Shown one piece after another: positions 1 to 7,589 of a stretch of DNA of 64,000 bases. This stretch comes from Gemmatimonadota bacterium. Lineage in GTDB: Bacteria > Gemmatimonadota > Gemmatimonadetes > Gemmatimonadales > GWC2-71-9. The stretch is from NCBI GenBank assembly GCA_039591655.1, contig JBDHDE010000005.1:11021-75020 (forward strand), written 5' to 3'. Under the pieces are notes generated by a model. The model had not been told where the DNA came from, searched no databases, and saw nothing but the letters and a program-made list of their open reading frames with translations. The stretch's first letter is position 1. The number at the start of each line of letters is the position of its first letter. Position numbers and translations under genes: made by a program.

Positions 1-361
1 CGACCCGAAGAGCGGCGTCCCCTTTTACCGGCAGATCATCGAGCGGGTCAAGTTCGGCATCGCCCGGGGTCTTCTCACGCCGGGGGACCAACTCCCCACG
101 GTCCGGCAGCTCGCCACGGACTGTTCGGTCAATCCCAACACCGTCATCCGCGCCTACCGACAAATGGAGATCGAGGGCGTGCTGGACACGCAGCAGGGTT
201 CCGGGACTTTCGTCAGCGACCGCCGGCCGGAGATCGACGATCTCGAGCGCCGCCGGATGCTCGACCAGATCCTCACCGAAATGCTGGCCCGCGCCTCTGG
301 GTATGGGTTCACGGTCGACGAGGTGTTCGAGGGGCTGCACCAGCGAAGGGAGGAGTCATGA
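1..361 (+). CDS. GntR/YtrA-family transcriptional regulator (5' truncated by window)
   Basis: Frame from base 2 reads DPKSGVPFYRQIIERVKFGIARGLLTPGDQLPTVRQLATDCSVNPNTVIRAYRQME...QQGSGTFV, the classic GntR wHTH; its stop overlaps the next ATG (ATGA). Confidence 0.93.
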   Translation, partial: DPKSGVPFYRQIIERVKFGIARGLLTPGDQLPTVRQLATDCSVNPNTVIRAYRQMEIEGVLDTQQGSGTFVSDRRPEIDDLERRRMLDQILTEMLARASGYGFTVDEVFEGLHQRREES

Positions 362-1467
362 TCCACCGAACCTCCAAACACCACCGTCCCGGGAAGTCGC
401 AATTTGGGATCTCCCTTGAGAGATTCGCCACTTCGAGCCGGGCCGACTTTCGATTCGCACCCCTCAACGCCCTGTTGCTGGTGGCAATGTTCGTGATCGG
501 GCTGACGGTGCACCTGAACGTACACGAGTTCACGATAAAGGCTGTCTACCTCTCCCTTGGATCGGCGCTGGGCCTCACTATCCTCATTCGTTGGACCCAG
601 GTGTGGGAAGCCGTCGTCATCCTCGGCACCGCCGTCTGCCTGACGATCTTCCTCGAGCTGCGTCCGAACAGCGAGATCCTGCTGGCGACCGCCATCGTGG
701 CGCTGCTCGTGTCTCCCGCTGTCCAGATCGCCTACCAGTGGGAGCGGGCCGTGCTGCTCCGCTTCGGCAAGTTTTGTGGATTGCGCAAGTCGGGTCTGTT
801 TCCCGTCGTGCCGGTGATCGACAAGGTGGCCCAGTTCGTGGACCAGCGAATCCGGGTAACCGACTTCAGCGCCGAGACGACCCTCACCGCCGATACGGTC
901 CCGGTCAACGTGGACGCCATCGCGTTCTGGATGGTGTGGGACGCGGAGAAGGCGGTCCTGGAGGTGGAGCAGTTCGACGACGCGGTGATCATGTCGGCAC
1001 AGACGGCCCTGCGGAACGCCATCGGGAAGAATGACCTGGCAGTGCTGCTTTCCGAGCGTGACCGGTTGGGCAGCGAGATTCAGAAGCTGCTCGACTCGAA
1101 GACCAACGCCTGGGGCATCACCACCGAGGCAGTGGAGATCCGCGACATCATCATTCCCGAGGCTCTCGAAGATGCCATGTCGCGCCAGGCCCAGGCGGAG
1201 CGGGAGCGCCAGAGCCGCATCATCCTCGGCACTGCCGAGACCGAGATTGCGGAGAAGTTCGCCAAAGCGTCGGAGCATTACCAGGACAACAGCGTCGCCC
1301 TGCATCTGCGGGCGATGAACATGGTCTACGAGGGATTGCGGCAGAAAGGCTCGATGGTCATCGTGCCCTCCACCGCAGTGGAGAGCATGGGCCTGGGAGC
1401 CCTCGGCGGGTTGACCGCCCTTGGCCGTGACGTGACTCCGCAAGACGCAGACCACGCCGAACCATGA
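358..1467 (+). CDS. SPFH/band 7 (stomatin/slipin) membrane protein
   Basis: N-terminal TM helices, then QWERAVLLRFGK, DQRIR..TLTADTVPVNVDAI, AQTALRNAIG, AMSRQAQAERERQS stomatin motifs. Confidence 0.92.
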   Translation: MIHRTSKHHRPGKSQFGISLERFATSSRADFRFAPLNALLLVAMFVIGLTVHLNVHEFTIKAVYLSLGSALGLTILIRWTQVWEAVVILGTAVCLTIFLELRPNSEILLATAIVALLVSPAVQIAYQWERAVLLRFGKFCGLRKSGLFPVVPVIDKVAQFVDQRIRVTDFSAETTLTADTVPVNVDAIAFWMVWDAEKAVLEVEQFDDAVIMSAQTALRNAIGKNDLAVLLSERDRLGSEIQKLLDSKTNAWGITTEAVEIRDIIIPEALEDAMSRQAQAERERQSRIILGTAETEIAEKFAKASEHYQDNSVALHLRAMNMVYEGLRQKGSMVIVPSTAVESMGLGALGGLTALGRDVTPQDADHAEP

Positions 1468-1522
1468 GCACGCAGACAGTTAGGTGCCCGGTTAGGCACG
1501 GCAACACGAAAGGGGGATCAAC

Positions 1523-1726
1523 ATGAAGCCGGCTGCAACGGTAGCCATCGTATTCCTTCTCCTGGTCGCGCTCGTGCATTTGCTCCGCCTGCTCTTCGGC
1601 GTTGCGATCACCGTGAGTGATACGACCATTCCAATGTGGGCGAGTGTCCTGGCCGTCATGGGCCCTGGAGCTCTGGCAGTGTGGTTGTGGCGCGAACAGT
1701 CCGCACCCCGCACGCCGACCGCCTAA
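1523..1726 (+). CDS. Small two-TM membrane protein (cassette-like gene)
   Basis: 67 aa, two hydrophobic segments, RBS AGGGGG upstream; flanked by GTTAGGC (1491-1497) and GCCTAAC (1721-1727). Confidence 0.75.
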   Translation: MKPAATVAIVFLLLVALVHLLRLLFGVAITVSDTTIPMWASVLAVMGPGALAVWLWREQSAPRTPTA

Positions 1727-1778
1727 CGCGCGGCGGGCACGCGGGCGTTTCAGACGGAATGTCATGACGTTGGGCAGA

Positions 1779-1810
1779 AAGCGGGCCCAGACTGAGACCC
1801 ACCGAAGATT
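1779..1810. repeat. 32-bp direct repeat, copy 1 (AAGCGGGCCCAGACTGAGACCCACCGAAGATT)
   Basis: Exact match to 5355-5386. Confidence 0.9.
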
Positions 1811-1868
1811 GGCCGATCACCCGGGCTCTCTTTCTGAAGGGAGCTGCGGTACTGAAGCTCAAGGTGGC

Positions 1869-1902
1869 ACAGCGCCCGGCCCCATGCCGGGCGCTGTTGT
1901 TT
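1869..1902 (+). terminator. Rho-independent terminator
   Basis: 12-bp perfect stem ACAGCGCCCGGC/GCCGGGCGCTGT, 5-nt loop, TGTTT tail; lies between convergent genes. Confidence 0.7.
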
Positions 1903-1974
1903 CCGGTCCAAGAATCCCGACGAGTGCTCGCCTTCACACACCAGTCGGCGCGGGCAAACCTCGCCTCTCGCGCT

Positions 1975-2940
1975 TCAGTTCGTGATCGTCGCCGTTCCGG
2001 TCGGCAAGGGACTCAAGGCGGTGATCGTCCGCTGGTCCGTCGGCCCACCATCGCCAAATGGATTCCCAAACGGCTTGAGTTGAAACGGTACGGCCGCGAG
2101 CGTCGCCTCGCCTTCGTCGAACGTGGGTTCGATCGAGATTACGTGCATCCACTCGCTGTCGCCGGTCACCTGGTCGTCCCCATTGAAGTCGAAGGGAAGC
2201 GCAATACCCCCGGGCACTGTATTTCCGTTGTCCATCACGAAGTCTCCGCCGGGGAAGGGTGGGCCGGCGCCCAAATCACCGGGCGCACCCGACAACGGCC
2301 CGGCGGCGTCACTGTCCCGTGTGCTCACCGTGCCGCCCGCCTGAGGCTCGTACTTACCGTAGGAGATGGCAGTCTGCATGGCGGTACCCGGCCTGTGAAC
2401 GACCCAACCCTCGTAGACCCAACCGTCGGTGAGCGGTGGAAGCGTGACTGATGGGTCGGGTGCGCCGGAGGGATCGAGCAGCCAGATGCCCCCGTCGTCA
2501 TCGCTGCCGGTCGTGGTAGTCGGCGTCAGCAGCACGTGGGTGCCCGGGGTCGTCGCGAAGTCGGCCGAACTGCTCACAGTGACGAACCCGAGGGCCGAAA
2601 GCGTCGCCATCCCGCTGGAGAACGCTCCGCCCAGGAGCTTCTGATCGGATGGGATGTCGTCAGTGTCGCCAGGCGGTTCGACAGTGAGCACGAACATCAT
2701 GGGCTCGGCGATCGGACTGGTGAACGTGTGCTGCCCGGAGGCTTCGAGATCGAACTTGCCCGTCGAGAACGGCGATCCACTCGCGTCGATGACCCAACCT
2801 TCGTACGTACCCTCGGTCGCCGCGTCGAGGGCTGCGAGATCTTGGAACGCGACGTCGAGCGTCGCCATCTCTGGTCCTTCGTCTCCGCAGGCGACGAGTG
2901 CCGCGATCGCGAGGACGCCGACGTATCGCTTGAGCAACAT
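1975..2940 (-). CDS. Lipoprotein with duplicated YEGW domain (resembles proteins annotated as RskA-like anti-sigma domain)
   Basis: Lipobox ALVAC; two related segments LAAL..GTYEGWVI..STGKF and LPPL..GWVYEGWVV..SYGKY; RBS GGAGG. Confidence 0.7.
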   Translation of the reverse strand: MLLKRYVGVLAIAALVACGDEGPEMATLDVAFQDLAALDAATEGTYEGWVIDASGSPFSTGKFDLEASGQHTFTSPIAEPMMFVLTVEPPGDTDDIPSDQKLLGGAFSSGMATLSALGFVTVSSSADFATTPGTHVLLTPTTTTGSDDDGGIWLLDPSGAPDPSVTLPPLTDGWVYEGWVVHRPGTAMQTAISYGKYEPQAGGTVSTRDSDAAGPLSGAPGDLGAGPPFPGGDFVMDNGNTVPGGIALPFDFNGDDQVTGDSEWMHVISIEPTFDEGEATLAAVPFQLKPFGNPFGDGGPTDQRTITALSPLPTGTATITN

Positions 2941-3017
2941 GGGTTACCTCCGCACGAGATGAGAGTGTACGGAGGAAGCTGGTTTGGGCGCGACAGTGTT
3001 TGAAGGGAAGACTCCGA

Positions 3018-3037
3018 AGGTTAGAGCTTTCTAACCT
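3018..3037. promoter_or_regulatory. Palindromic operator candidate AGGTTAGA-GCTT-TCTAACCT
   Basis: 8-bp inverted arms; its 14-bp core is identical to 5171-5184; about 80 bp upstream of the lipoprotein start. Confidence 0.6.
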
Positions 3038-3041
3038 GCCT

Positions 3042-4445
3042 TTAATCTCCGGCCGGAAGCCAAAGCACGAAACGACTGCCTTTGTTCGGCGTGCTCTCCA
3101 CCGATATGCTTCCGGCTTGGAGCTGTGCGAGCATGCGGGCGATGGTGAGACCCAAGCCCGCACCTCCGTGGGCACGACTGCGCGATCCCTCCACCCGTTC
3201 GAAGCGGTCGAAGACTCGGTCGAGGTCGTTCTCCGCAATCCCTACACCGGTGTCCGTGACGGAGACTCCGACCATGCCGTCCCTCCGCTGGAGCTCGAAT
3301 AGGATGCTCCCCCTTGAGGTGTAGCGGACTGCGTTGGACGCCAGGTTCAAGAGGATTTGCCGCGTGCGATCGGCGTCACCGAGCGCCTCCGCGGAGTCTG
3401 TGAGGTCGGCCTTCACATCGATGTCGCGCCCCGATGCCATCGCTTGGGTTACTTCCTCCACATCCCGCGCGACTTCGGCGAGATCGAACGGCTGCAGCGC
3501 GAGCTCGAGCTGCTGGTTCTCACCACGAGCGATGAGGAGCAGGTCCTCGATCATCTTCGTTGTCTGATCGACCTCGCGCGCAATCTCCCCAAGTGCCTCA
3601 CGCATCTCTTCGAGCGACCGGTGCTCAGCTAGCGCCCACTGGGCTTGCGCACGCAGATGTGTGAGTGGCGTTCGCAGTTCGTGACTCGCGTCTGCGGTGA
3701 ATGCCTCGAGGGCAGCATTGGCTCGCTCCACGCGGGCGATCAGACGATTGATCTCGTCGGCCAGCTGGGTGACCTCGGTCAGACCCGTAGGGCTGGTGAC
3801 TCGCTCAGAGAGATCCCGCGGATCGATCTGTTGCGTCTCTTCGACTGTCCGCGCGAATGGGATGAGCGCCGCGAGGATCGTGCGGCGCGTTGCGCGCTGT
3901 GCGACTAACGCTGCCGCTGGCAGGAGTGCGAGGGCCACGATACCCAGGCCGAGCATCGCAACCAGGTATGGGACTCGACTGCCGGCGACGAAGATGTCGA
4001 AGTCGCCCGCACGCCGATGGCCGACCCGGTAACGCCATCGACCGCGCTCGGCGATCACGGTCACCAGCTGCCGCCGCACCTGGTTGTGTGACGCATCCGG
4101 TGCCACTCGGACCTCTTTAGCCGGCATCGTCGGCGACAGGAAGTACACGGTGCGGTCGCCTCCCTCGGTCGCTATGGCGCGAGTGATCAGAAAGGGTTCG
4201 CTCATCTCCAAGAGCTGATCCGCCAGCATAGCCGGGGCGACGGACGTGCGCTCCCCGCCGGGATCCGCGTACAGCCCCAGGAGCGACTGAACGACGTCGG
4301 CGGAGTGATCGAGCGCCCGGCGGAGCGAGAGTTCACTCACCAATGCCGAGGCGCCGATCACGATGACTGCGTACACGATGAGGGTGTGCCAGAGGACGCG
4401 GCTCAAGCTCGCAGCCAGCCGTTGACGGAGGCGAGGTTCCATCAT
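3042..4445 (-). CDS. Sensor histidine kinase (HAMP-HisKA-HATPase, CusS/BaeS-like)
   Basis: Two TM segments, H-box ASHELRTPL, N-box NLASNAVRYT, DTGVGI, GAGLGL; start placed at the ATG overlapping the regulator stop. Confidence 0.93.
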   Translation of the reverse strand: MMEPRLRQRLAASLSRVLWHTLIVYAVIVIGASALVSELSLRRALDHSADVVQSLLGLYADPGGERTSVAPAMLADQLLEMSEPFLITRAIATEGGDRTVYFLSPTMPAKEVRVAPDASHNQVRRQLVTVIAERGRWRYRVGHRRAGDFDIFVAGSRVPYLVAMLGLGIVALALLPAAALVAQRATRRTILAALIPFARTVEETQQIDPRDLSERVTSPTGLTEVTQLADEINRLIARVERANAALEAFTADASHELRTPLTHLRAQAQWALAEHRSLEEMREALGEIAREVDQTTKMIEDLLLIARGENQQLELALQPFDLAEVARDVEEVTQAMASGRDIDVKADLTDSAEALGDADRTRQILLNLASNAVRYTSRGSILFELQRRDGMVGVSVTDTGVGIAENDLDRVFDRFERVEGSRSRAHGGAGLGLTIARMLAQLQAGSISVESTPNKGSRFVLWLPAGD

Positions 4446-5116
4446 GTCGCCTCCAGCCGATAGCCCACCCCGCGCACGGTGCGGATTCTCGCTCCCGCCG
4501 TGTGGAGATCGAGTTTCTTTCTCAAGTAGTTGATGTACACGTCCACCACGTTCGTCTCCGGGTCGAAGTGGTAGTCCCACACGGCTTCGGCGATGCGCGA
4601 TCGGGAGACCGTGCGGCCGGCGTTTCGCATCAAGAACTCGAGGAGCGCCAACTCGCGGGGGCTCAAGTCGACGGTGCGGTCGGCGCTCGAGACACGCCGC
4701 TGTAACGTATCCACTCGTAGCTGTCCGACTTCGAGTGTCGTGTCCCGATGCCGTAGCTTGGCGCGCCGAATCAGGGCAACGATGCGAGCCATGAGTTCGG
4801 GAAGATCGAACGGCTTGGTCAGGTAATCATCCGCACCGCCTTCCAGGCCGCGGACCCGATCGTCGAGATCGTGGCGTGCAGTGAGGAGCAGAATCGGCGT
4901 CGTCACGCCTCGCTGCCGCAGCTCGGCCACGACGCTGAACCCGTCGCGCCCCGGCAGCATCACATCAAGCACGATGCAGGCGTAGTCGCCTTTCAACGCG
5001 CGGTCGAGCCCCCGGTCACCGGATTCCGCGTAATCAACGGCGTAACCCTCTTCACGCAACGCCTTGCGCAGAAACGCGCGCAGGTTTCGGTCGTCTTCCA
5101 CCAACAGAATCTTCAT
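4442..5116 (-). CDS. OmpR/CusR-family response regulator
   Basis: MKILLVEDD, LDVMLPG, GADDYLTKPF, wHTH with NVVDVYINYLRKK and RTVRGVGY. Confidence 0.95.
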   Translation of the reverse strand: MKILLVEDDRNLRAFLRKALREEGYAVDYAESGDRGLDRALKGDYACIVLDVMLPGRDGFSVVAELRQRGVTTPILLLTARHDLDDRVRGLEGGADDYLTKPFDLPELMARIVALIRRAKLRHRDTTLEVGQLRVDTLQRRVSSADRTVDLSPRELALLEFLMRNAGRTVSRSRIAEAVWDYHFDPETNVVDVYINYLRKKLDLHTAGARIRTVRGVGYRLEAT

Positions 5117-5169
5117 GAGTAAGGAAGGTAGGACTCTGCTCGGGGCCAGGGCAACGGCGAGAGCCCTCG

Positions 5170-5185
5170 ATTAGAGCTTTCTAAT
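5170..5185. promoter_or_regulatory. Palindromic operator candidate ATTAGA-GCTT-TCTAAT
   Basis: Same 14-bp core as 3021-3034; about 55 bp upstream of the response regulator start. Confidence 0.6.
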
Positions 5186-5354
5186 GACTGGAAGCGGAAG
5201 GGAGCTGTGGTGCTCTCAACCGTCCGTCGCAACCCGCACCAACAACTGGTAATCGGGAAGCCCGCTATGTTGGCCCGAGTCTGCGTCTCATAAGCGCCAG
5301 CGCTAGCTACCGGTCATGGGGTGCCGTAGCGGGAGCTATCCTGCCGGGGGACAG

Positions 5355-5386
5355 AAGCGGGCCCAGACTGAGACCCACCGAAGATT
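5355..5386. repeat. 32-bp direct repeat, copy 2
   Basis: Exact match to 1779-1810; about 60 bp from the tRNA fragment. Confidence 0.9.
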
Positions 5387-5444
5387 CCCCAATTCGTAAG
5401 TCGCCTTCCTGAAGGGGTTTGCGAGGGCTTGGGCGGCTCTGCAG

Positions 5445-5489
5445 ACCAGCTCCTAAGGCTGGCGCGTCTACCAGTTTCGCCATGGCCGC
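5445..5489 (-). pseudogene. 5'-half fragment of tRNA-Leu(TAG), att-site-like
   Basis: Minus strand reads GCGGCCA TG GCGAAACTGGTAGACGC G CCAGC CTTAGGA GCTGG T: acceptor 5' strand, Leu-type D arm, anticodon stem with TAG. No T-arm (GTTCRA) or 3' acceptor strand follows. Confidence 0.85.
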
Positions 5490-5924
5490 GGGATGGTCAA
5501 AAGTAATGTCTAAGTCGTTGTGGCCATAGTGGTTCTGCCCAAAGGACGGGGCTTCTGGGGGTCCTGGGGCGGGTCGTCGATCCGCAGATGTGCTGTCTTC
5601 CCGTACGGTCGGCGGTTTTGCAGGGCATTCTCCCGTATCTCCGCGGGTCCAGATGGCGGGTCCACTGCGTCGAAGGTCCCAGATCAGGCACACGGTGCCC
5701 CCGAACAGTCCTGGCCACGCGGGTTTCCGAATCGCAGATTGGCAGGACGGAGATCTCCACGATCGCTCCCTGTCCACGTAGCGCATGGGCGGATTAGGCT
5801 GCAAGCGGAATGGGCTGGGGTGCTCGCAGCCTTATCCCGGCGGAGGTTCACGTTAGGCTGCGCGCGGTGCGCCAGTGGGGGAGGGAAAGATGCAGTCTAC
5901 TACGAGTTGGGCGGCGGGGGTCAG

Positions 5925-6443
5925 TTGAGCGGTACCGCACATCTCAAGGAGCCGATCGCCTGCACTGAGGGGGAGCGCCGGGAGTTCGCGCGTCTTGTTC
6001 GCCAAGGTTTTGAGACCGCGGCTGAGGACTTGGATGGCCGCATTCGTGATGCGGAATGGCTTGCGTTCCATTACGCGGAAGGCAACACGCTCGCGGCGGT
6101 CGCCGCCCTAAAGGCGCCCAACGTACGGTATCGGGACAACGTCTTCAAGAAGGCGGACGCACCCGTCAGCCCTGCTGCTTACAAGCTCGAACTTGGCTGG
6201 GTCTTCGTCATTCCTGCCCACCGAGGGAACCGGATTGCCGAGAGTCTTTGCCAGCTGCTTTTGGCGCGCGTGCCTACGTCCTGTGTTTTTGCGACGACCC
6301 GCCCGAACAACATCTCCATGATTAGCATCCTTCTCGCCCTCGGCTTTGCGCGAGTCGGCAAGCCGTATCCCCACCGCAACGAAGAGCTTGTACTATTCTT
6401 GCGGTCGTGGCCGCTCTTCGTGGCGCCAGGCCCCGCCGCCTAA
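5925..6443 (+). CDS. GNAT-family N-acetyltransferase (cassette-like gene)
   Basis: ELGWVFVIPAHRGNRIAESL acetyl-CoA motif, N..M..L..LGF; TTG start chosen over the unlikely 5520 extension; stop lies inside GCCTAAC. Confidence 0.8.
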   Translation: MSGTAHLKEPIACTEGERREFARLVRQGFETAAEDLDGRIRDAEWLAFHYAEGNTLAAVAALKAPNVRYRDNVFKKADAPVSPAAYKLELGWVFVIPAHRGNRIAESLCQLLLARVPTSCVFATTRPNNISMISILLALGFARVGKPYPHRNEELVLFLRSWPLFVAPGPAA

Positions 6444-6474
6444 CCCGCAGCTGATGCGCAGAGCCATTAGGCGG
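6436..6474 (+). mobile_element. Degenerate, internally shortened integron attC-like site
   Basis: CCGCCTAAC...CGCAGCTGATGCGCAGAGCC ATTAGGCGG: RYYYAAC inverse core overlapping the stop codon and a near-GTTRRRY core, with perfectly inverted 8-bp ends. Confidence 0.55.
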
Positions 6475-6517
6475 CTAACCATGAACACTCTTCCTCACTG
6501 AGTGCGGAACGTCCAAG

Positions 6518-7414
6518 ATGCCGAGTATAAGAAGCCGGATTGTCCGTCTGTTTCTCAGGTATCAGATCTGGAAGGCTGACAAGAACGCCACTTTGCAGCA
6601 ACGACGGGCGACCCTTGAAGATGCCGCACGGCGTCTGCCAATGCCACGTCGCGTAGATGTGCAGCAGACTACTGTTGGAGAGACCCCTGCCGAGTGGCTT
6701 CGGCCTGCCGACACCACTGACAACCGGGCGATTCTGTACTTGCATGGTGGTGCCTACACGATGGGGTCGTGCACAACCCATCGGGCCCTGGCATCTCGTA
6801 TTGCTGTCGCTAGCAAGGCTCCTGCACTGCAACCCGAGTATCGCCTTGCGCCTGAGCATCCATTCCCGGCTGCTCTTCAGGATTGTGTGGCTGCTTATCG
6901 CTGGCTGCTCGACTACGGAATTCCACCACAGAAGACAGTTGTCGCGGGCGACTCGGCTGGAGGTGGTCTGGCTCTAGCCCTGGCTGTCACGCTTCGCGAC
7001 GACTATGTCCCACTCCCGGCCGCAATCGTTTGCATGTCGCCGTGGGCCGATCTTGAGCTGACAGGCCAATCGCTTAGGACCCGCGCGAATGTCGATCCCG
7101 TCTGTAGCCTGGAGGAAAGCCAGTTTCATGCGGGCCAATATGTTGGGAAGAACGATCCCCGGGCGGCACTCATTTCACCCATCTATGCGGACCTACGTGG
7201 CCTGCCGCCAGTACTCATCCATGTCGGCGACAGAGAGATTCTGTTGAGTGATGCGATGCGACTGGCAGAACGTGCTCGTGAAGATGGGGTTGATGTAGAG
7301 CTGAAGATCTGGGAGGGCATGTGGCATGTTTGGCATCTGCTCGCCGGGTACGTGCCGGAAGGTCGACAAGCGGTTGACGAAATCGGTGCTTTCATCAGCA
7401 AATACACAGACTGA
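6518..7414 (+). CDS. Alpha/beta hydrolase, HSL (family IV) esterase/lipase
   Basis: LYLHGGAY, EYRLAPEHPFPAALQD, GDSAGG, EGMWHVW; visibly more AT-rich than its neighbours. Confidence 0.93.
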   Translation: MPSIRSRIVRLFLRYQIWKADKNATLQQRRATLEDAARRLPMPRRVDVQQTTVGETPAEWLRPADTTDNRAILYLHGGAYTMGSCTTHRALASRIAVASKAPALQPEYRLAPEHPFPAALQDCVAAYRWLLDYGIPPQKTVVAGDSAGGGLALALAVTLRDDYVPLPAAIVCMSPWADLELTGQSLRTRANVDPVCSLEESQFHAGQYVGKNDPRAALISPIYADLRGLPPVLIHVGDREILLSDAMRLAERAREDGVDVELKIWEGMWHVWHLLAGYVPEGRQAVDEIGAFISKYTD

Positions 7415-7427
7415 GGCGGCCGTGGCA

Positions 7428-7452
7428 GCCGCCCAACAGGCGCATGAAGCTG
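7428..7452 (+). mobile_element. attC-like left half-site
   Basis: GCCGCCCAACAGGCGCATGAAGCTG just after the hydrolase stop; largely complementary to ATTAGGCGGCT at 6466; no intact right half recognised. Confidence 0.5.
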
Positions 7453-7589
7453 CGGGGACTTGAAACTTCCATGCCGGATCGCTCGTCTTTCCTATTAATT
7501 AGCAGAGACCCGTTAACTGGTAGAGGTCCGGCTCCCGAGAGTTCCGGGCCCGCCATACTCCAAGCTGAAACACCACTGGAGGCAGACGG

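Noticed and set aside
154..1455. 433-aa antisense ORF over the SPFH gene (and similar long shadow ORFs at 7395-9557, 20192-21505, 37756-39420, 50732-51910, 53861-54964, 58798-60762)
   Set aside because: They mirror well-supported genes, have no recognisable motifs, and are expected from high-GC codon bias.
1779..5386. CRISPR array from the 32-bp repeat
   Set aside because: Only two copies, 3.5 kb apart, with no spacers or cas genes.
5445..5489. Intact or intron-containing tRNA-Leu
   Set aside because: No T-arm or 3' acceptor strand (TGGCCGC on the minus strand with GTTCRA before it) was found nearby, and the break is not at the usual anticodon-loop intron position.
5520..5924. N-terminal extension of the GNAT ORF
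   Set aside because: Low-complexity Arg/Gly/Pro sequence that crosses the GTTAGGC cassette boundary; TTG 5925 fits better.
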